NCBI GenBank assembly: GCA_964016885.1
Contig: OZ024748.1
Location: 9,300,001 to 9,364,000 of the forward strand
Direction: 5' to 3'
Origin: Eledone cirrhosa
Lineage: Eukaryota
DNA: 64,000 bases
Within the stretch, counting starts at the first letter, position 1. Every line of letters begins with the position of its first letter. Positions 39,331-54,525 of the stretch are shown here, in pieces. The notes under the pieces were generated by a model. That model did not search any database. It was not told the origin of the DNA and saw only the letters and a program-made list of their open reading frames with translations. The position numbers were made by a program, and so were the translations under genes.

Positions 39331-40328
39331 TGGTGTCTATCTAGGTGACTGTGACACCAAGATCAATTCTGTATCACATTCTTCATCTCCTAGACATGTG
39401 TTTGTCACCAACTGTGTCATATATAAGTAGGTGTCAACTTCTACCATTGTTGTTGATGTTTACTTTATATACAACAGAATTACACATGACTTTGGTTTTT
39501 CTAATGTATATATTGAGTGTAAATGGCTTGCTGGTACCATGGATGTTCTCTCACTTCATCTGTTAATTCACTGTTCAGACTTATATCATCAGTGAAGATC
39601 ATGTGGGACAGCTGTTCTCTATTTTCTAGCTCTCTTTTTCTCAGTTTAGTGTTTTGCATCATGGCATCTTGTAGGTATGCTGTAGATAAACTAGGTGAGT
39701 TGTTGTCATCTCACTTTGCACTTCATTGTATCCTGAATTTTTTCAGTTTTTGTACAGGTATATCTTAGACAGTTTCACTGTTGAGTTGATTATTTGTACC
39801 AAGATAAGATTGATTGATAGCCTGACTTTCAGGTGATTGATACATAAGCCAGAGTTTGATAGTTTGGAAAGTTTTCTTGTATGTAGTCTACAAATACAAA
39901 GCACAGTGGAATGTTGTGCCATTTTAGTTAATCATGTGGGAATGATGAATTGTAGAGTGTCTTATTTGAAAGTTGACCTGTTTGGGACATTGGTGGAAGT
40001 CTAGATGAAGTGTTAAGAGATCACTTACATATTGGACAGTAAACTGATTGGCAGAGAATTCTTGATGTTAGAAGTGCTGCCATCTTTTCTGCAATAGAAT
40101 TACCACTCCACTGTTCTGTGTGTGTGTATTCTTTTAGCGATTTTAATCATTAGAGTGTGGCCATACCGGAGCACTTGCTTTTTAGAATATAATCAATTGT
40201 ATTAACCTCAGAATATAGAGTAGGGTAGGGTTTAAATACTGGACATAAACAAATATCACAATGTTTCTTGCTTGACGAGGTTCCTTCATCCATCTTCCAT
40301 ATCTCTCTCTCCCTTTCTACCTCCCTCA

Positions 40329-40367
<39 letters not shown>

Positions 40368-41125
40368 ACTTGTTACTCCATATATAAATATATAGATAGA
40401 TAGATAGATATACACACACATACACACATACATAAAAGCTTACATGGTATCTGCGGTAATATTGCCACTCTAGATGGGCTGTTTATTAAAACAATCCATT
40501 TTTCTTCTGATGAAAACTGAAAACAATGGAATTTATTATTTTTATAAATAAATTAAATGTTTTTTGTTTTTTTTCTAGTTTTTGTACATTAACAATGATA
40601 TAAATATTGGTGAATATTGTAAGAAATTAATATCTAACTTTTACTAATGTATTATATTTAAAAATAATTGTGTATAGTTGTTAGAAAAATTAGAAATGAT
40701 ATATCATATGAAAGTTATTTGTAAATGTAATATTAATAACAGCAACATAAAAAAGATAATATTTAAAATTGTGATTCAGAAATTTATTTCAATGTTGAAT
40801 AATTTATCCAATGAGAAAATGAAATACCTGGGCTTTGATGTTCAGTAGAAAATATTTAAAGTACATTGCAATATTTTATTGTAAGGTGATCTATAATGCT
40901 GCTTAAGAATATATTTTTGTAATGTTAAGTACAAGTATTGATATAGATTGAAAGGGAAGTTTTATGTTGAAGTTTTTTTTATTAAAATTCTCTAAATAAC
41001 CTGAATCCAGTTAGCAACTCATCTGGCTTTAAGTTGGAACAGGAAACAGTTTCTCATTCCTCTATGTTCAGCAGTCAAGATACAATGTGTATTGTGGTCT
41101 GAAATAAATATCTTATTGGGTTTAT

Positions 41126-41294
41126 CAGTGGTTCCCAAAGTGGGTTCTGCAAAGGAATGCCTGAGGTTCCGTGAAAACAGGTAGAGGAGTATATTTATAT
41201 ATTACAACCATATAACATTATTAGACTTTGGGGTTCTCCAAAAGGTTTCTGAACCAAAAACTGTTCCGCGTTTGAAAAGGTTTAGGAAACCCTG
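41126..41294. mobile_element. hAT-like MITE
   Basis: Imperfect TIRs cagtggttcccaaa / tttaggaaaccctg; no clear 8-bp TSD. Confidence 0.5.
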
Positions 41295-42031
41295 GTGTAG
41301 AATATATGTTTTAAAAGCCCTACAAAAATATAACCATATGTTTTATGTAAGTGAAACATTGAGAATATCGAGTTAGTATTTTTTATGCTAAAAGAGAAGT
41401 CTGACAATGTTACTTTCACTTCAGTTCCAACAAACAGTTTCTATAACAAGATTACTTTTATTTTAGACAAAAACCTTCTAAAGCATCAGTCTTGAATATC
41501 TACCTATAACTTCCTCCCAACACACACACACACTAGTTTGTGTGTGTGTCTACTATTTACATGTTATTGTGACTTTACATATCCAAGCTTTATCAAAGCA
41601 GATATTTATGTAGTTGAATGTTCTTGCTAAGTATCAAGTGGAATACAATATAATGTTTTATCTAGGGTGATATAAGGAAGTAAAGAAAAATATAAAACTT
41701 CAAATATAGTCGGAAGACCAAACATTTTGTACTTGACTGGAACAAGAAGATGGAGGAAAGATTTATGTTCAACAGGATTTCAACTAAGATTGTAAAAGAT
41801 ATAATTAAGTACAGTAAGACATAAATTCCATTTTCTCTTCATTTCTATCATCTTCTGCACTTATTAACATTATCATCTTTTGTTTTGGACTATAAGATCT
41901 CTTTTTTTCTGTTACAATAGGCATATCTTTAATGTCTTGAAGGAATTACTGTTAGTAGAAGACATTGTTTACTTCTTAAAATGCTGACCTATTTTAAACA
42001 AGATCAACAAAGATCAATTGATTTTTCATTG

Positions 42032-42485
42032 ATCAGTGGTCAGTTGTAATTAAACTGTTGTCAGTTGTAATTAAACTGTTGTCAGTTGTAGTTAAACTGT
42101 TATCAGTGGACAATTGTTGTTAAACTGTTATCAGTGGTCAGTTGTAGTTAAACTGTTATCAGTGGTCAGTTGTAGTTAAACTGTAATCAGTTGTCGGTTG
42201 TAGTTAAACTGTTATCAGTGGACAATTGTAGTTAAACAGTTATCAGTGGTCAGTTGTAGTTAAACTGTTATCAGTGGTCAGTTGTAATTAAACTGTTATC
42301 AGTTGTCAGTCGTAGTTAAACTGTTATCAGTTGTCAGTCGTAGTTAAACTGTTATCAATGGTCAGTTGTAGTTAAACTGTTATCAGTGTTCAGTTGTAGT
42401 TAAACTGTTATCAGTTGTCAGTCATAGTTAAACTGTTATCAGTGGACAGTTGTAGTTAAACTGTTGTCAGTTGTAGTTAAACTGC
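42032..42485. repeat. 28/21-bp minisatellite (tcagtggtcagttgtagttaaactgtta)n
   Basis: Direct reading, about 17 copies. Confidence 0.9.
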
Positions 42486-42520
42486 AGTTTATTAATTAAA
42501 AATAATTTTACTTCTATATA

Positions 42521-45500
42521 TGTATAGTCAGTAGTTGGTACACTTTGTATAGTCAGTAGTTGGTACACTCTGTATAGTCAGTAGTTGGTACACTTTGTAT
42601 AGTCAGTAGTTGGTACACTCTGTATAGTCAGCAGTTGGTACACTCTGTATATATAGTTAGTAGTTGGTACACTCTGTATAGTCAGTAGTTGGTACACTCT
42701 GTATAAATAGTTAGTAGTTGGTACACTCTGTATAGTCAGTGGTTGGTACACTCTGTATAGTCAGTGGTTGGTACACTCTGTATATATAGTCAGTGGTTGG
42801 TACACTCTGTATATATAGTTAGTAGTTGGTACACTCTGTATAGTCAGTGGTTGGTACACTCTGTATATATAGTTAGTAGTTGGTACACTCTGTATAGTCA
42901 GTGGTTGGTACACTCTGTATATATAGTTAGTAGTTGGTACACTCTGTATAGTCAGTGGTTGGTACACTCTGTATAGTCAGTAGTTGGTACACTCTGTATA
43001 TATAGTTAGTAGTTGGTACACTCTGTATAGTCAGTGGTTGGTACACTCTGTATAGTCAGTAGTTGGTACACTCTGTATATATAGTTAGTAGTTGGTACAC
43101 TCTGTATAGTCAGTGGTTGGTACACTCTGTATAGTCAGTAGTTGGTACACTCTGTATAGTTAGTAGTTGGTACACTCTGTATAGTCAGTGGTTGGTACAC
43201 TCTGTATAGTCAGTAGTTGGTACACTCTGTATAGTCAGTAGTTGGTACACTCTGTATATATAGTTAGTAGTTGGTACACTCTGTATAGTCAGTAGTTGGT
43301 ACACTCTGTATATATAGTTAGTAGTTGGTACACTCTGTATAGTCAGTGGTTGGTACACTCTGTATAGTCAGTAGTTGGTACACTCTGTATAGTCAGTAGT
43401 TGGTACACTCTGTATAGTCAGTGGTTGGTACACTCTGTATAGTCAGTAGTTGGTACACTCTGTATATATAGTTAGTAGTTGGTACACTCTGTATAGTCGG
43501 TGGTTGGTACACTCTGTATAGTCAGTAGTTGGTACACTCTGTATATATAGTTAGTAGTTGGTACACTCTGTATAGTCAGTAGTTGGTACACTCTGTATAG
43601 TCAGTAGTTGGTACACTCTGTATAGTCAGTGGTTGGTACACTCTGTATAGTCAGTAGTTGGTACACTCTGTATATATAGTCAGTGGTTGGTACACTCTGT
43701 ATAGTCAGTGGTTGGTACACTCTGTATATATAGTCAGTAGTTGGTACACTCTGTATATATAGTTAGTAGTTGGTACACTCTGTATAGTCAGTGGTTGGTA
43801 CGCTCTGTATAGTCAGTAGTTGGTACACTCTGTATAGTCAGTAGTTGGTACACTCTGTATAGTCAGTAGTTGGTACACTCTGTATAGTCAGTAGTTGGTA
43901 CACTCTGTATAGTCAGTAGTTGGTACACTCTGTATATATAGTTAGTAGTTGGTACACACTGTATAGTCAATGGTTGGTACACTCTGTATAGTCAGTAGTT
44001 GGTACACTCTGTATAGTCAGTAGTTGGTACACTCTGTATATATAGTCAGTGGTTGGTACACTCTGTATTGTCAGTAGTTGGTACACTTTGTATTGTCAGT
44101 AGTTGGTACACTCTGTATAGTCAGTAGTTGGTACACTCTGTATGGTTAGTAGTTGGTAGACTCTGTATATATAGTCAGTAGTTGGTACACTCTGTATTGT
44201 CAGTAGTTGGTACACTCTGTATAGTCAGTAGTTGGTACACTCTGTATGGTTAGTAGTTGGTACGCTCTGTATATATAGTCAGTAGTTGGTACACTCTGTA
44301 TAGTCACTGGTTGGTACACTCTGTATAGTCAGTAGTTGGTACACTCTGTATAGTCAGTAGTTGGTACACTCTGTATATATAGTCAGTAGTTGGTACACTC
44401 TGTATAGTCAGTAGTTGGTACACTCTGTATATATAGTCAGTAGTTGGTACACTCTGTATAGTCAGTGGTTGGTACACTCTGTATATATAGTCAGTAGTTG
44501 GTACACTCTGTATAGTCAGTAGTTGGTACACTCTGTATATATAGTCAGTAGTTGGTACACTCTGTATAGTCAGTAGTTGGTACACTCTGTATAGTCAGTA
44601 GTTGGTACACTCTGTATAGTCAGTAGTTGGTACACTCTGTATAGTCAGTAGTTGGTACACTCTGTATATATAGTCAGTAGTTGGTACACTCTGTATAGTT
44701 AGTAGTTGGTACACTCTGTATATATAGTTAGTAGTTGGTACACTCTGTATAGTCAGTAGTTGGTACACTCTGTATAGTCAGTAGTTGGTACACTCTGTAT
44801 AGTCAGTAGTTGGTACACTCTGTATATATAGTCAGTAGTTGGTACACTCTGTATAGTCAGTAGTTGGTACACTCTGTATAGTCAGTAGTTGGTACACTCT
44901 GTATAGTTAGTAGTTGGTACACTATGTATAGTCAGTGGTTGGTACACTCTGTATAGTCAGTAGTTGGTACACTCTGTATATATAGTCAGTAGTTGGTACA
45001 CTCTGTATAGTCAGTAGTTGGTACACTCTGTATAGTCAGTAGTTGGTACACTCTGTATATATAGTTAGTAGTTGGTACACTCTGTATAGTCAGTAGTTGG
45101 TACACTGTATATATAGTCAGTAGTTGGTACACTCTGTATAGTCAGTAGTTGGTACACTCTGTATAGTCAGTAGTTGGTACACTCTGTATATATAGTCAGT
45201 AGTTGGTACACTCTGTATAGTCAGTAGTTGGTACACTCTGTATAGTCAGTAGTTGGTACACTCTGTATAGTCAGTAGTTGGTACACTCTGTATAGTCAGT
45301 AGTTGGTACACTCTGTATAGTCAGTGGTTGGTACACTCTGTATAGTCAGTAGTTGGTACACTCTGTATAGTTAGTAGTTGGTACACTCTGTATATATAGT
45401 CAGTGGTTGGTACACTCTGTATAGTCAGTAGTTGGTACACTCTGTATAGTCAGTAGTTGGTACACTCTGTATAGTCAGTAGTTGGTACACTCTGTATAGT

Positions 45501-48500
45501 CAGTAGTTGGTACACTCTGTATATATAGTCAGTAGTTGGTACACTCTGTATAGTCAGTAGTTGGTACACTCTGTATAGTCAGTAGTTGGTACACTCTGTA
45601 TAGTCAGTAGTTGGTACACTCTGTATAGTCAGTAGTTGGTACACTCTGTATAGTCAGTAGTTGGTACACTCTGTATAGTCAGTGGTTGGTACACTCTGTA
45701 TAGTCAGTAGTTGGTACACTCTGTATAGTTAGTAGTTGGTACACTCTGTATATATAGTCAGTGGTTGGTACACTCTGTATAGTCAGTAGTTGGTACACTC
45801 TGTATAGTCAGTAGTTGGTACACTCTGTATATATAGTTAGTAGTTGGTACACTCTGTATAGTCAGTAGTTGGTACACTCTGTATAGTCAGTAGTTGTTAC
45901 ACTCTGTATAGTCAGTAGTTGGTACACTCTGTATATATAGTCAGTAGTTGGTACACTCTGTATATATAGTCAGTAGTTGGTACACTCTGTATAGTCAGTA
46001 GTTGGTACACTCTGTATATATAGTCAGTAGTTGGTACACTCTGTATATATAGTCAGTGGTTGGTACACTCTGTATAGTCAGTAGTTGGTACACTCTGTAT
46101 ATATAGTCAGTAGTTGGTACACTCTGTATATATAGTCAGTAGTTGGTACACTCTGTATATATAGTCAGTGGTTGGTACACTCTGTATAGTCAGTAGTTGG
46201 TACACTCTGTATATATAGTCCGTAGTTGGTACACTCTGTATATATAGTCAGTAGTTGGTACACTCTGTATATATAGTCAGTAGTTGGTACACTCTGTATA
46301 GTCAGTAGTTGGTACACTCTGTATATATAGTTAGTAGTTGGTACACTCTGTATATATAGTCAGTAGTTGGTACACTCTGTATATATAGTCAGTGGTTGGT
46401 ACACTCTGTATAGTCAGTAGTTGGTACACTCTGTATATATAGTCAGTAGTTGGTACACTCTGTATAGTCATTAGTTGGTACACTCTGTATAGTCAGTGGT
46501 TGGTACACTCTGTATAGTCAGTGGTTGGTACACTCTGTATAGTCAGTGGTTGGTACACTCTGTATAGTCAGTGGTTGGTACACTCTGTATAGTCAGTGGT
46601 TGGTACACTCTGTATAGTCAGTGGCTGGTACACTCTGTATAGTCAGTAGTTGGTACACTCTGTATATATAGTCAGTAGTTGGTACACTCTGTATAGTCAG
46701 TGGCTGGTACACTCTGTATAGTCAGTGGTTGGTACACTCTGTATAGTCAGTAGTTGGTACACTCTGTATAGTCAGTAGTTGGTACACTCTGTATAGTCAG
46801 TAGTTGGTACACTCTGTATAGTCAGTAGTTGGTACACTCTGTATATATAGTCAGTAGTTGGTACACTCTGTATAGTCAGTAGTTGGTACACTCTGTATAG
46901 TCAGTAGTTGGTACACTCTGTATAGTCAGTAGTTGGTACACTCTGTATAGTCAGTAGTTGGTACACTCTGTATAGTCAGTAGTTGGTACACTCTGTATAG
47001 TCAGTAGTTGGTACACTCTGTATAGTCAGTGGTTGGTACACTCTGTATAGTCAGTGGTTGGTACACTCTGTATAGTCAGTGGTTGGTACACTCTGTATAG
47101 TCAGTGGTTGGTACACTCTGTATAGTCAGTAGTTGGTACACTCTGTATAGTTAGTAGTTGGTACACTCTGTATATATAGTTAGTAGTTGGTACACTCTGT
47201 ATAGTCAGTAGTTGGTACACTCTGTATAGTCAGTAGTTGGTACACTCTGTATATATAGTCAGTAGTTGGTACACTCTGTATAGTCAGTAGTTGGTACACT
47301 CTGTATATATAGTCAGTAGTTGGTACACTCTGTATAGTCAGTGGTTGGTACACTCTGTATAGTCAGTGGTTGGTACACTCTGTATATATAGTTAGTAGTT
47401 GGTACACTCTGTATAGTCAGTGATTGGTACACTCTATATAGTCAGTGGTTGGTACACTCTGTATAGTCAGTGGTTGGTACACTCTGTATAGTCAGTGGCT
47501 GGTACACTCTGTATAGTCAGTAGTTGGTACACTCTGTATAGTCAGTAGTTGGTACACTCTGTATATATAGTCAGTAGTTGGTACACTCTGTATAGTCAGT
47601 GGTTGGTACACTCTGTATAGTCGGTGGTTGGTACACTCTGTATATATAGTCAGTAGTTGGTACACTCTGTATAGTCAGTGGCTGGTACACTCTGTATATA
47701 TAGTCAGTAGTTGGTACACTCTGTATAGTCAGTGGCTGGTACACTCTGTATATATAGTCAGTAGTTGGTACACTCTGTATAGTCAGTAGTTGGTACACTC
47801 TGTATAGTCAGTGGTTGGTACACTGTATATATAGTCAGTAGTTGGTACACTCTGTATAGTCAGTGGTTGGTACACTCTGTATAGTCGGTGGTTGGTACAC
47901 TCTGTATATATAGTCAGTAGTTGGTACACTCTGTATAGTCAGTGGCTGGTACACTCTGTATATATAGTCAGTAGTTGGTACACTCTGTATAGTCAGTGGC
48001 TGGTACACTCTGTATATATAGTCAGTAGTTGGTACACTCTGTATAGTCAGTGGTTGGTACACTCTGTATAGTCAGTGGTTGGTACACTGTATATATAGTC
48101 AGTAGTTGGTACACTCTGTATAGTCAGTGGTTGGTACACTCTGTATAGTCAGTGGCTGGTAGACTCTGTATATATAGTCAGTAGTTGGTACACTCTGTAT
48201 AGTCAGTGGTTGGTACACTCTGTATAGTCAGTGGTTGGTACACTCTGTATATATAGTCAGTAGTTGGTACACTCTGTATAGTCAGTGGTTGGTACACTCT
48301 GTATATATAGTCAGTAGTTGGTACACTCTGTATAGTCAGTAGTTGGTACACTCTGTATATATAGTCAGTAGTTGGTACACTCTGTATAGTCAGTAGTTGG
48401 TACACTCTGTATAGTCAGTAGTTGGTACACTCTGTATAGTCAGTAGTTGGTACACTCTGTATAGTCAGTAGTTGGTACACTCTGTATATATAGTCAGTAG

Positions 48501-51500
48501 TTGGTACACTCTGTATAGTTAGTAGTTGGTACACTCTGTATATATAGTTAGTAGTTGGTACACTCTGTATAGTCAGTAGTTGGTACACTCTGTATAGTCA
48601 GTAGTTGGTACACTCTGTATAGTCAGTAGTTGGTACACTCTGTATATATAGTCAGTAGTTGGTACACTCTGTATAGTCAGTAGTTGGTACACTCTGTATA
48701 GTCAGTAGTTGGTACACTCTGTATAGTTAGTAGTTGGTACACTATGTATAGTCAGTGGTTGGTACACTCTGTATAGTCAGTAGTTGGTACACTCTGTATA
48801 TATAGTCAGTAGTTGGTACACTCTGTATAGTCAGTAGTTGGTACACTCTGTATAGTCAGTAGTTGGTACACTCTGTATATATAGTTAGTAGTTGGTACAC
48901 TCTGTATAGTCAGTAGTTGGTACACTGTATATATAGTCAGTAGTTGGTACACTCTGTATAGTCAGTAGTTGGTACACTCTGTATAGTCAGTAGTTGGTAC
49001 ACTCTGTATATATAGTCAGTAGTTGGTACACTCTGTATAGTCAGTAGTTGGTACACTCTGTATAGTCAGTAGTTGGTACACTCTGTATAGTCAGTAGTTG
49101 GTACACTCTGTATAGTCAGTAGTTGGTACACTCTGTATAGTCAGTGGTTGGTACACTCTGTATAGTCAGTAGTTGGTACACTCTGTATAGTTAGTAGTTG
49201 GTACACTCTGTATATATAGTCAGTGGTTGGTACACTCTGTATAGTCAGTAGTTGGTACACTCTGTATAGTCAGTAGTTGGTACACTCTGTATAGTCAGTA
49301 GTTGGTACACTCTGTATAGTCAGTAGTTGGTACACTCTGTATATATAGTCAGTAGTTGGTACACTCTGTATAGTCAGTAGTTGGTACACTCTGTATAGTC
49401 AGTAGTTGGTACACTCTGTATAGTCAGTAGTTGGTACACTCTGTATAGTCAGTAGTTGGTACACTCTGTATAGTCAGTAGTTGGTACACTCTGTATAGTC
49501 AGTGGTTGGTACACTCTGTATAGTCAGTAGTTGGTACACTCTGTATAGTTAGTAGTTGGTACACTCTGTATATATAGTCAGTGGTTGGTACACTCTGTAT
49601 AGTCAGTAGTTGGTACACTCTGTATAGTCAGTAGTTGGTACACTCTGTATATATAGTTAGTAGTTGGTACACTCTGTATAGTCAGTAGTTGGTACACTCT
49701 GTATAGTCAGTAGTTGTTACACTCTGTATAGTCAGTAGTTGGTACACTCTGTATATATAGTCAGTAGTTGGTACACTCTGTATATATAGTCAGTAGTTGG
49801 TACACTCTGTATAGTCAGTAGTTGGTACACTCTGTATATATAGTCAGTAGTTGGTACACTCTGTATATATAGTCAGTGGTTGGTACACTCTGTATAGTCA
49901 GTAGTTGGTACACTCTGTATATATAGTCAGTAGTTGGTACACTCTGTATATATAGTCAGTAGTTGGTACACTCTGTATATATAGTCAGTGGTTGGTACAC
50001 TCTGTATAGTCAGTAGTTGGTACACTCTGTATATATAGTCCGTAGTTGGTACACTCTGTATATATAGTCAGTAGTTGGTACACTCTGTATATATAGTCAG
50101 TAGTTGGTACACTCTGTATAGTCAGTAGTTGGTACACTCTGTATATATAGTTAGTAGTTGGTACACTCTGTATATATAGTCAGTAGTTGGTACACTCTGT
50201 ATATATAGTCAGTGGTTGGTACACTCTGTATAGTCAGTAGTTGGTACACTCTGTATATATAGTCAGTAGTTGGTACACTCTGTATAGTCATTAGTTGGTA
50301 CACTCTGTATAGTCAGTGGTTGGTACACTCTGTATAGTCAGTGGTTGGTACACTCTGTATAGTCAGTGGTTGGTACACTCTGTATAGTCAGTGGTTGGTA
50401 CACTCTGTATAGTCAGTGGTTGGTACACTCTGTATAGTCAGTGGCTGGTACACTCTGTATAGTCAGTAGTTGGTACACTCTGTATATATAGTCAGTAGTT
50501 GGTACACTCTGTATAGTCAGTGGCTGGTACACTCTGTATAGTCAGTGGTTGGTACACTCTGTATAGTCAGTAGTTGGTACACTCTGTATAGTCAGTAGTT
50601 GGTACACTCTGTATAGTCAGTAGTTGGTACACTCTGTATAGTCAGTAGTTGGTACACTCTGTATATATAGTCAGTAGTTGGTACACTCTGTATAGTCAGT
50701 AGTTGGTACACTCTGTATAGTCAGTAGTTGGTACACTCTGTATAGTCAGTAGTTGGTACACTCTGTATAGTCAGTAGTTGGTACACTCTGTATAGTCAGT
50801 AGTTGGTACACTCTGTATAGTCAGTAGTTGGTACACTCTGTATAGTCAGTGGTTGGTACACTCTGTATAGTCAGTGGTTGGTACACTCTGTATAGTCAGT
50901 GGTTGGTACACTCTGTATAGTCAGTGGTTGGTACACTCTGTATAGTCAGTAGTTGGTACACTCTGTATAGTTAGTAGTTGGTACACTCTGTATATATAGT
51001 TAGTAGTTGGTACACTCTGTATAGTCAGTAGTTGGTACACTCTGTATAGTCAGTAGTTGGTACACTCTGTATATATAGTCAGTAGTTGGTACACTCTGTA
51101 TAGTCAGTAGTTGGTACACTCTGTATATATAGTCAGTAGTTGGTACACTCTGTATAGTCAGTGGTTGGTACACTCTGTATAGTCAGTGGTTGGTACACTC
51201 TGTATATATAGTTAGTAGTTGGTACACTCTGTATAGTCAGTGATTGGTACACTCTATATAGTCAGTGGTTGGTACACTCTGTATAGTCAGTGGTTGGTAC
51301 ACTCTGTATAGTCAGTGGCTGGTACACTCTGTATAGTCAGTAGTTGGTACACTCTGTATAGTCAGTAGTTGGTACACTCTGTATATATAGTCAGTAGTTG
51401 GTACACTCTGTATAGTCAGTGGTTGGTACACTCTGTATAGTCGGTGGTTGGTACACTCTGTATATATAGTCAGTAGTTGGTACACTCTGTATAGTCAGTG

Positions 51501-54316
51501 GCTGGTACACTCTGTATATATAGTCAGTAGTTGGTACACTCTGTATAGTCAGTGGCTGGTACACTCTGTATATATAGTCAGTAGTTGGTACACTCTGTAT
51601 AGTCAGTAGTTGGTACACTCTGTATAGTCAGTGGTTGGTACACTGTATATATAGTCAGTAGTTGGTACACTCTGTATAGTCAGTGGTTGGTACACTCTGT
51701 ATAGTCGGTGGTTGGTACACTCTGTATATATAGTCAGTAGTTGGTACACTCTGTATAGTCAGTGGCTGGTACACTCTGTATATATAGTCAGTAGTTGGTA
51801 CACTCTGTATAGTCAGTGGCTGGTACACTCTGTATATATAGTCAGTAGTTGGTACACTCTGTATAGTCAGTGGTTGGTACACTCTGTATAGTCAGTGGTT
51901 GGTACACTGTATATATAGTCAGTAGTTGGTACACTCTGTATAGTCAGTGGTTGGTACACTCTGTATAGTCAGTGGCTGGTAGACTCTGTATATATAGTCA
52001 GTAGTTGGTACACTCTGTATAGTCAGTGGTTGGTACACTCTGTATAGTCAGTGGTTGGTACACTCTGTATATATAGTCAGTAGTTGGTACACTCTGTATA
52101 GTCAGTGGTTGGTACACTCTGTATAGTCAGTGGCTGGTACACTCTGTATAGTCAGTAGTTGGTACACTCTGTATATATAGTCAGTAGTTGGTACACTCTG
52201 TATATATAGTCAGTAGTTGGTACACTCTGTATAGTCAGTGGCTGGTACACTCTGTATATATAGTCAGTAGTTGGTGCACTCTGTATAGTCAGTGGTTGGT
52301 ACACTCTGTATATATAGTCAGTAGTTGGTACACTCTGTATAGTCAGTGGCTGGTACACTCTGTATATATAGTCAGTAGTTGGTACACTCTGTATAGTCAG
52401 TGGTTGGTACACTCTGTATATATAGTCAGTAGTTGGTACACTCTGTATATATAGTCAGTAGTTGGTACACTCTGTATAGTCAGTAGTTGGTACACTGTAT
52501 AGTCAGTAGTTGGTACACTCTGTATAGTCAGTAGTTGGTACACTCTGTATAGTCAGTGGCTGGTACACTCTGTATATATAGTCAGTACTTGGTACACTCT
52601 GTATAGTCAGTGGTTCTTACACTCTGTATATATAGTCAGTAGTTGGTACACTCTGTATAGTCAGTAGTTGGTGCACTCTGTATAGTCAGTAGTTGGTACA
52701 CTCTGTATATATAGTCAGTAGTTGGTACACTCTGTATAGTCAGTGGTTGGTACACTCTGTATATATAGTCAGTAGTTGGTACACTCTGTATATATAGTCA
52801 GTAGTTGGTACACTCTGTATAGTCAGTGGTTGGTACACTCTGTATAGTCAGTGGTTGGTACACTCTGTATAGTCAGTAGTTGGTACACTCTGTATAGTCA
52901 GTGGTTGGTACACTCTGTATAGTCAGTGGTTGGTACACTCTGTATAGTCAGTGGTTGGTACACTCTGTATATATAGTCAGTGGTTGGTACACTCTGTATA
53001 GTCAGTGGTTGGTACACTCTGTATAGTCAGTAGTTGGTACACTCTGTATATATAGTCAGTAGTTGGTACACTCTGTATAGTCAGTGGTTGGTACACTCTG
53101 TATAGTCAGTGGTTGGTACACTCTGTATAGTCAGTAGTTGGTACACTCTGTATATATAGTTAGTAGTTGGTATACTCTGTATAGTCAGTAGTTGGTACAC
53201 TATGTATAGTCAGTGGTTGGTACACTCTGTATAGTCAGTAGTTGGTACACTCTGTATAGTCAGTGGTTGGTACACTCTGTATAGTCAGTAGTTGGTACAC
53301 TCTGTATAGTCAGTAGTTGGTACACTATGTATAGTCAGTAGTTGGTACACTCTGTATAGTCAGTAGTTGGTACACTCTGTATAGTCAGTAGTTGGTACAC
53401 TCTGTATAGTCAGTAGTTGGTACACTCTGTATAGTCAGTAGTTGGTACACTCTGTATAGTCAGTAGTTGGTACACTCTGTATATATAGTCAGTAGTTGGT
53501 ACACTCTGTATAGTCAGTAGTTGGTACACTCTGTATAGTCAGTAGTTGGTACACTCTGTATAGTCAGTAGTTGGTACACTCTGTATAGTCAGTAGTTGGT
53601 ACACTCTGTATAGTCAGTAGTTGGTACACTCTGTATAGTCAGTGGCTGGTACACTCTGTATAGTCAGTGGTTGGTACACTCTGTATAGTCAGTAGTTGGT
53701 ACACTCTGTATAGTCAGTAGTTGGTACACTCTGTATAGTCAGTAGTTGGTACACTCTGTATAGTCAGTAGTTGGTACACTCTGTATAGTCAGTAGTTGGT
53801 ACACTCTGTATAGTCAGTAGTTGGTACACTCTGTATAGTCAGTGGCTGGTACACTCTGTATAGTCAGTGGTTGGTACACTCTGTATAGTCAGTAGTTGGT
53901 ACACTCTGTATAGTCAGTAGTTGGTACACTCTGTATAGTCAGTAGTTGGTACACTCTGTATAGTCAGTGGCTGGTACACTCTGTATAGTCAGTGGCTGGT
54001 ACACTCTGTATAGTCAGTGGTTGGTACACTCTGTATAGTCAGTAGTTGGTACACTCTGTATAGTCAGTGGCTGGTACACTCTGTATAGTCAGTGGCTGGT
54101 ACACTCTGTATAGTCAGTGGCTGGTACACTCTGTATAGTCAGTGGCTGGTACACTCTGTATAGTCAGTAGTTGGTACACTCTGTATATATAGTCAGTAGT
54201 TGGTACACTCTGTATAGTCAGTAGTTGGTACACTCTGTATATATAGTCAGTAGTTGGTACACTCTGTATAGTCAGTATTTGGTACACTCTGTATATATAG
54301 TCAGTAGTTGGTACAC
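42521..54316. repeat. 11.8-kb satellite array of a 25-bp unit (gtatagtcagtagttggtacactct) with a 29-bp +tata variant, roughly 450 units
   Basis: Direct reading; recurrent variants gtAgt/gtGgt, tC/tTagt and ggCtggt; contains a 3,820-bp higher-order duplication. Confidence 0.97.
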
Positions 54317-54525
54317 ATGTGTACCTTCTATTGGACTGTGGCAAGGCTGTAGTACCACTTTCATTACATTAGCACTAATATGTTATCAACCTTACAAAGT
54401 AGAGTAGAATATTTTTCAAGGAATAGTTTAGCTCATCTTTTGGGGTTTGATAAAATAAAGTAGCAATCCAGGGTGGCGGAGTCGGGGAATTGGCTGATTG
54501 AGTTGTGAGTTCTTAGGTGGTTGAC

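Noticed and set aside
42521-54316. CRISPR-like regular short repeats
   Set aside because: Units are contiguous with no unique spacers, the context is eukaryotic, and there are no cas genes; it is a satellite
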